Positions 56,320 through 64,000 of a stretch of 64,000 nucleotides of DNA are shown here, piece by piece; the stretch's first letter is position 1; each line of letters begins with the position of its first letter. Below the pieces are notes generated by a model. That model had not been told where the DNA came from, did no database searches, and worked only from the letters and a program-made list of their open reading frames with translations. This DNA is from Octopus vulgaris. Taxonomy: Eukaryota. The stretch is taken from the NCBI GenBank assembly GCA_951406725.2, contig OX597832.1, forward strand, positions 16,306,001-16,370,000, given 5' to 3'. The position numbers and the translations under genes were made by a program.

Positions 56320-56480
56320 TTTTTGAAACAAGAAAATGAATGACCTCAATTGTAGACCTAATTTGTTTAATTTATATTATTAAAATGTTTTGATAATAAA
56401 TTATACTGATTAGAACTATGAATGAGGTCATTCTTATTGTCTTTTCAAATATGCCTAACTGTAGCAAGGATCTCATATTT

Positions 56481-56532
<52 letters not shown>

Positions 56533-57369
56533 TTACGTAATATAACAGATGGAATACCTTAAACATTGATTTTCTGGATAGTAGGAAGAATTTACCTGAA
56601 GAAAATCATCCTGTCAGTGAAAACTCAAACTTCGTTTACGCCTGTGGAATTATGTTTACTCAAACGATGGGAAAATATTGAGGAAAGGATTTGTAACCAT
56701 CATTTTTGCTTGATTTTTCTCACATACATTGGATACGAATATGGATACTAGTAACGGAAAGTCATAAATTATTTAGTCCTAGAATTAAAAAATTGCAGAA
56801 GAAAGAAACTTGTTCGTCTCTCTATCTCAATGTAGCCTTGATTTTATCCGAATAACCAAGGAGGTGCTGCTGACAAAAGTTGTTACACCCCTACATTTAA
56901 ACTCCCCTACTATAGCAAGATATGGGCAATATTCAAGTATAGTATAGAATGAATAAAAGGCGTAAGTGCAAAGCTACACAACAATATAGAAACCTGTAAC
57001 TACATAGAATGCTAAAAAACGTTTCTGGGGGAAGATGGTAGTTATAGGTTAATCGGAAATTTATGATGAATTGCTGGATAGTAGAAGCAGAGTTACCATT
57101 AATTCGCAATGTCTTTAGCATTCGTCTATAATAACTTAGCAGTTTTAATAGATCTAATCTATGTTACAGTAACTCTAGAGCTATGTCATATACAAAAAGC
57201 TCATTCGGTCCTGAATAACCATGGGATTGCACATAGAATGTTATCCTCCGTTGCACAAGTAAGGGCTAGTCTTTTTTTATGGGACCCAGCAGCATCCCCT
57301 AACTACGCCACTGGTTTTATCCTTGTGAAAGGCAAAGGCCAATACTGCTTGTCACCAATGTCATCGAAA

Positions 57370-57514
57370 CATATTTCTACAGCTGAGTGGACTGGAGCAA
57401 GGTGAAATAAAGTGTCTTGATGTAAATCACATCACACAGCCCGGTCCTGGAATCCAACTCACTAACGCATGATTGTGAACCTGATACCTTAATCATTGAG
57501 CCACGCATCTTCAC
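57370..57514 (-). mobile_element. CORE-like SINE head (same type as 54826)
   Basis: CAGCTGAGTGGACTGGAGCAAGGTGAAATAAAGTGTCTTG..GAGCCACGCATCTTCAC. Confidence 0.72.
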
Positions 57515-57879
57515 ATGACATGTAATGACATGTGGTGGATACAGAAATTAAGACTATTGGTCCGTCTGCACAAATGAACATTAAATACAGGATGAACAGG
57601 GAGGTTGCTGCAGCAAAAGCAGTTACGATCACTCACGCTACCAATACACAGCCCCATCAACGGTTATAGCGCCGAACATTACTCGAAACTTCTCGTATTC
57701 ACCATTCCAAAAATTGTATAGAAATGTCGGAAAATTCCAGGCGGACGAGGTTACAGAAACCGTTAATACTGTTCTATTGTTCCGTAAGAAAGTAGGGACG
57801 AGGAGAAAGGAATCGATCGACATAGGTAGTAAAGATTTGGGGAATATGATAATAAAAATTAGAAAAAATTAGAAATAAA

Positions 57880-58077
57880 GGCGGTGAGCGAAATGCATAG
57901 CAGTATTTCGTCTGTCGTTACGTTCTGAGTTCAAATTCTGCCGAGGTCGACTTTGCCTTTCGGGGTCAATATATTAAGTACCAGATACGCAGTGGGGTCG
58001 ATACAATCGACTTAATCCCTTTGTGTGTCCTTGTTTGTCCCCTCTATGTTTAGCCCCTTGTGGGCAATAAAGAAATA
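57880..58077 (+). mobile_element. SINE family A
   Basis: Colinear with 16279-16498, with two short deletions. Confidence 0.9.
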
Positions 58078-59204
58078 CAAATTAGAAGAAATTCATAAAA
58101 TGCTTGGGATTATTACGTAAGTCACAAGGTTCACTAATTAAATCAGACAATTAACAACATGCGTCAGCAAAGGTCGCTCTCTGTATTTTAAAGTTGTATA
58201 CATTTCTTTGAACGAAAGTGTATGTAAAAGTCTTGTGACATTCTATGACACTTTATAGTATTCATGCCGAACATAACTCACGAAGTAGATTTGCATACAT
58301 ACTTCAGAACGCACAGGTATACGCAAAAACATATACATAGAGGGATACATATGTGTGTGTGTGTGTCTGTGTATGCGTATACATATTCATACATGTGCTT
58401 GGGTATACGCATGCAAATACATACGTATATATTCGTACATGCATTATCAGTAAACCTTTATAGAGCATTCAGGTTTCGCGGGTTGAGGCGTTTATACCAC
58501 TCTTTGACGATCTAATGTGCTTTCGATACTGCATCATTATGCTTGCTTACACACATATACGGTTTCTTTCAACAAATTATTCCATTTGTACGTTAAATTT
58601 GTTTTTCTTTTCAAAATCGTAAATGTTTTGACATACATTTCAAGTTATGAAAAATCATAAAGAAAAATTTAATAAATATACAAATAAAATATTTAAAATA
58701 TCCACATTACTATGAAAATAAGTAAAATATTTTTGTATTTGATTAGATTTCCCGATGCAGTCTTCTATTATATTGCTTCTATGAATATACATCAAAATCA
58801 TGATTCAAGATAAAAGTATGGTAAATATTGACTGATTTTAGAGTTCCGTCAGACACATTTCTCTTTTGGCTGCAGATCAAATCACGATATAATTAGGGAC
58901 AATAAAATCCTTGTTGTGCACATGTAATAAATGTTTCTTAGAACACTATACTATAGCCGTCTGATTCAATTAGCCTTCCCGGTTCCTTTCTTCCTATGCA
59001 GTACATCATTTAACCACTTTACATTCTATCTATTCCCGTATATTTAATTTTTTTGTCTTCCACCCGCACACGCACACACACACACACACACACACATTTG
59101 GAAAAAGAAATGACAAACGAAAATTCGGTTATGTTAAGAACATTCATACCTATACAGCTGTTTCTCCTATAATAACCAGGTGACTCATGTTTTAGAGCCT
59201 GAAT

Positions 59205-59510
59205 AATATTCTCATATAGCTTCAGAAAAACAACTCTACCATGCAGTAGGGAAAAACTATAACACTGGATTTAGAAATTTAATCGAAAAAGCATGCAAGA
59301 GATACCATAACGATTGTTTCATAATCAGGACAGTATCACTAAATGCTTTCGAATATGTTCAATATTCTCCTGAATAACCTACACCTATCTCTCCTATTTA
59401 CAAAGAGATGAGCAGTATCGAATTACCATTCCTGGATATAATGGTAATAAAAAAAATTCTACTATTACCACATATATAAAACATGAAAATCAGACAAAAT
59501 TTGGAATTTC
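59205..59510 (+). mobile_element. decayed Penelope-like reverse transcriptase fragment
   Basis: CKRYHNDCFIIR (=WKRYLDDCFIIW) at 59294, then NNLHLSLLF and EMSSIELPFLDIMVIKK (=LNxLHPSIxFT..ELPFLDI). Confidence 0.78.
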
Positions 59511-59516
59511 TTTGTG

Positions 59517-59587
<71 letters not shown>

Positions 59588-59714
59588 CACGTTGAAACAG
59601 AAAAGAAACTTCGTACACATACTAAATAGACACTGTTTTATTAACAGACTGCCTTAGCAGTGATCGAAGAGTGCTAATTCAGAAACAATTTTTTCCTAAT
59701 GATGAAATATCATT

Positions 59715-59794
59715 TGACACTCCGGCATTACGTGACATCATGTGACGTCAAACATTTTTGGCGCCACATGATGTCACATAATGCCAGAGTGTCA
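59715..59794. repeat. hairpin, 38-bp arms, 4-nt loop
   Basis: 59715-59752 versus 59757-59794, 4 transition mismatches. Confidence 0.9.
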
Positions 59795-59813
59795 TGGATC
59801 CAAAGATGTGAAT

Positions 59814-60030
59814 TCAATATCTCGTGTGACTACTGTTAGCGTTGATTACTGCCAGGCATCTTGCTTACATTGAATGCACCAAACAATTGATGACGGCCAT
59901 GGGGACAGCATTCTGTGAAGACGTGCAGTTATATGCCCCACTGATGTCAGCCTTGAACGAATGCGATTTAGCCTTCTTCGTCCCACATCTGCTCTATGGG
60001 ATTCAAGTCCGGATTTAGGCTAGGCAATTA
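59814..60030 (-). mobile_element. Tc1 (DD34E) transposase C-terminal remnant
   Basis: Minus strand PDLNPIEQMWD (60012-59980) and LVHSM*ARCLAVINANSSHTRY*, typical of the Tc1 C-terminus. Confidence 0.85.
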
Positions 60031-60042
60031 TGACAGGCCGGT

Positions 60043-60392
60043 GAATTTGGGTGCCCTTATACCTAATGAATTCATGTTTTAATCCTGCATAATGCCTTTC
60101 GTAAAGATGAGATTGCAAGCATCACCATAATGATGAAAATTAAGCGACTGGGAACCCTAATGCAATTCTTGTGTTTTCAAAGCGCGGGTCAGTGGAAGCT
60201 AGCAATGCATCAAAAGAATTTGGGTGCTTTTATACCTAATGAATTCATGCTTTAACCCTGCATAATACCTTTCGTAAAGATGAGATTGCAAGCATCACCA
60301 TAATGATGAAAATTAAGCGACTGGGAACCCTAATGCAATTCTTGTGTTTTCAAAGCGCGGGTCAGTGGAAGCTAGCAAGACATCAAAAGAAT
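60043..60392. repeat. tandem duplication (173-bp unit x2)
   Basis: GAATTTGGGTGC...GCTAGCAA..CATCAAAA starts at 60043 and again at 60216. Confidence 0.95.
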
Positions 60393-62995
60393 GAATAGAA
60401 TAAATGGCTCGTATTTTAAAACAATTAGCGGGTATGATTCTTTCTACCAAAATCCTACAATATAATACCAGTGCCACAGAATGGCCTCTGTCAAATGATT
60501 GATACGTGTAAGTGATACAATATAAAAACAGGTGACATCTTAATAAAACCTTGCTTCGGTTAAATAATATCATATCGGATATGGTATTCTATGTTCACCG
60601 TCGTACTCAGTTTAGCACCCCGACAATTCGCATATATTTAGCTTCTCCTTTGCAAAGAAATGAATCACATACACACACATATATGTATATTTCGATGGAA
60701 ACATTCCTGTTTTGGAGAGAAAAAAACGTTCAGAAAAATGTTCCTACTTTAACCTAGTAAATATTTCTTTTTTACATAAAAATGTTTAATAAAATGTTGG
60801 GCCTTCAAAACTTAGAAACTGGAATCGCAAAAACAAAAGAAATTTAATTGGCATTTTGTTGCAGTTTTTGAAAAAAGTATGTCGTATTGAACTTTTCGCT
60901 TCCCCCACTTTCTTTATCTTTTCTCTCCTCCATAACATTTTCGGTCCTTTCTCTTCGTTTGGGTCTCATCCTTCTTCAGAAACGTATCTCGCTTTCATAC
61001 TTCTTTTCAAGTTCTCCCTTCTTCATCTTTACTTTCCTTTTCTCTTCTTCATTCCATCATTCACTTCCTTCCATCTTTTCACTTCGAAAAGCTCTATCCG
61101 TCTTCCGGGACCTACCTTTGTTTGATGTTTGTCCTCTTCTCCGCCCCACTTTCACTTACCTCCTCCATTCTATTATTTGTCATCTTCCTTAATCCCTTTC
61201 TATTTATGCTTCCAAAAGAAATAATAGTAATCTTCATTAGTTAATAAAATGGAATTGAGTTGGTGTTATCCCTACCCCTACCTTTCAAAATAAGATGTGT
61301 TTTCTAATGAGATGAGCATTTCAAAAAATGCAACAAAATACCAATAATTTTTTTTCTAATATTTCTTTCCTGCTTTCTGACATTCGAAGGACCAATGTTT
61401 TGTTAACGCCCCTTTTTCTGTAAAACAACAATTATTTTATATAATTTAGAGTATGAACATTTTCTTGTAATCCTTTTCTCTAATAAAGTAAATATTTCCA
61501 TATAAATCTATTGTACATTTAAGATTATATATCATTTATTATTTATCAGTCTTCATTGCCATCGTTAGCCCAATTTCTAAACGAGTGAAGAGCGAATATA
61601 TTTTACATGTGTATACTTGGTAGAAGAAAAACAAGATTTGATTCAACATGCGGTTACACATCAGGAATATTGTAGCACAGATTAATAAACGTAATACTAA
61701 AAATATGTTATTATTATTAGAACTATTAATTAATGGTTTTAAATACAATGAACATTTTAACATAAATCGTCTTAAATTTTATCCAAAGTTAATGAAAATC
61801 CAAGAAAAAATTTCAACAATGATTCTAATGCGCAGTGAGGTTACGGAATTATACGTAAGGCTCGTTTGAGCCCGACCCAACGTTTTGTTGGGCCAAGCAA
61901 ATATGGTTCCTGACCAATGCAGGTATGTATATGTGTATTAATGTGTGTGTAGGTGTGCCTGTGTGCGTGTGCGTGTGTGTGTAACATAACCTTTTCACTG
62001 CCGATAACGAAAGTAGAACTATTTAAATTTCGAATTAGTTATTGAAATGTCAATAACTTTGATTGTGCAAAGATTTCTTTGTGCCGTTTATTATGCAACC
62101 TATCTTAAGCATATACCATTCCTGTCATTTTTCTTCAGTAAATATTCAAATAATGTGTTCCACGCGGATTTTGTGTGTAACGTGGTACGCGTGATTTACA
62201 ACAGCTAACTGACCAGCTTCCATCGAGGTGTAAAAATCATTGGCAGCCATTGTCAGCATAACGAAATATGTACGTTGCTTGAAAGCTGACATGTTTGCAT
62301 TCGATTGTGTAGTGAGTATTTGTGTGTGTGTGTGTGTATGTGTGTGTGGGTATGTGTGTGTGTGTGTGTGTGTGTGTGTTTGAATATTTGTTCCTTTTAC
62401 AATGAAACTGAATAATTTATATTTGTGAATACTATTTTATATGTGTGCCTAGTTTTATATATCAAACATGTTTCCAGAGTAACTACCTATGTTATGATAA
62501 CTTAGTATACACTGAAATAACATTTTGTTATTCAGAGCTTTGTGTTACGAACGTTACTTCAGGTATTATTACTTGTGGTATTTGACTACGTTATGTTGTA
62601 TAATGCAATAATTATATTTGTCTCGAGCCTGGATCTAAGAAAATATCCAGTCAGTATCACAAAGAATTCTGCTGAATATGAACAAATTACATCTAACAGC
62701 TTGCAACGACAGCTATTTTGGTGAGTTGGTCTAAACTGTTACAAGTACCTCAGACTTTTTCTGAATGGATATTTACATTCCTATTACATAATATTATAAT
62801 GAATACACCTAACGTCCACATATATACAAACATATGTCAGAATGTTTTACAATGAAAATATTTACTTTTCATTTATTCGACGTCCAGATATGTAAACGAA
62901 AGTGAAAGTTAACAGCAAATAACTAGCATAGATAAACATTCACGCGGAATTATACGTACATACACACACACACACACACACACACTCACACACAT

Positions 62996-63061
<66 letters not shown>

Positions 63062-63159
63062 TTTATTTAAAGCAGCAGAAAATTCAACAAAACCTTTTAC
63101 CGTTGCCGTTCATCGGACAGTTTTTGCTAGCAATGAACGGCAAATCAAATATGTATATA

Positions 63160-63533
63160 TTCATTAAACCCTTGCCATACCTCAGTTCACATATCGTGAA
63201 CTCAGTACATCGCGGTTCACCTATCACGCACGCGGTACTCTGTGGTTTAGCTATTGCGCGCTCAGTACACTGCGGATTTTTCTGGTTAATATATATGAAT
63301 TCATATCGCGCACTCCTTAGTATATCACTGATTTCTGCTGCTGACATGTATTATTAGTCTTTAGATTATAATCTTTTGTGTGATGAAATATGCATTTACA
63401 CTCCTAAAATACAATATACTAATAAATATAAATAGAGTACAGTACTACACTGTATAACGCATTAATTAAAATAGGTTAGAAGGAAATGCATGGTATACCG
63501 TAGAAGAGTAAACAGAACATCGTACATACTGTA
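63160..63533. mobile_element. possible Tigger/pogo-like MITE remnant
   Basis: Repeated ATCGCGGTTCAC/CTCAGTACA..CGCGGATTTT subterminal-type motifs; termini not resolved. Confidence 0.35.
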
Positions 63534-63631
63534 TGGAAAACGAAACGCGGGAGGCGAGTGTGTTTTATTGTTTTTTATTTATAATAAAATAAATATATAC
63601 AAATTAAAAGAATGATAAAACAATATACATT

Positions 63632-63762
63632 GCGCAGGAGTGGCTGTGTGGTAAGTTGCTTGCTAACCAACCACATGGTTCTGGGTTCAGTCCTACTGCG
63701 TGGCATCTTGGACAAGATCTTGTGAGTGGATTTGGTAGACGTAAACGGAAAGAAGCTCGTCG

Positions 63763-63821
<59 letters not shown>

Positions 63822-64000
63822 GTGTCTGTGTTTGTCCCCCTAGCATTGCTTGTCAACCGATGCTGGTGTGTTTACGTCCCCGTCACTTAGCGGTTTTGCA
63901 AAAGAGACCGATAAAATAAGTACTGGGCTTACAAAGAATAAGTCCCGGGGTCGATTTGCTCGACTAAAGACGGTGCTCCAGCATGGCCGCAGTCAAATGA
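63632..64000 (+). mobile_element. SINE family C (runs off the window end)
   Basis: Colinear with 16798-17212, with a deletion in the core. Confidence 0.92.

Noticed and set aside
56321-56449. Short imperfect inverted repeat between (TA)n runs
   Set aside because: Arms are only ~28 bp with several mismatches; cannot be assigned to a family.
61859-61892. Twin small GC hairpins (GGCTC/GAGCC, CCCAAC/GTTGGG), Helitron-end-like
   Set aside because: Stems of 5-6 bp can arise by chance, and no CTRR terminus follows at the expected distance.

Overview
AT-rich eukaryotic DNA saturated with microsatellites ((TA)n, (CA)n, (GATA)n, (AAT)n). It is most likely from an octopus, inferred from the tRNA-derived SINE families and the repeat landscape. 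I cannot support any intact host protein-coding gene; almost all listed ORFs are translations of microsatellites or SINEs. The window looks like a large intron or intergenic transposon graveyard. It contains three or more modular tRNA-SINE families, decayed mariner, DD37D-type and Tc1 transposases, Kolobok/T2-like and hAT MITEs, a truncated Gypsy LTR element, R4/Dong-like and Penelope-like retroelement fragments, and several recent tandem and inverted duplications. The most notable observations are: (i) a cryptic, heavily decayed ~1.5 kb family-B (protein-primed, Maverick/Polinton/adintovirus-like) DNA polymerase remnant at ~36.0-37.6 kb that the ORF track misses; (ii) a near-perfect fold-back with 117-bp arms at 26840-27082; (iii) microsatellite-embedded cassettes carrying degenerate minimal hammerhead ribozymes; (iv) a SINE flanked by an 87-bp target duplication; (v) head, core and tail swapping among SINEs. 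All protein assignments are by-eye motif recognition, not database results.
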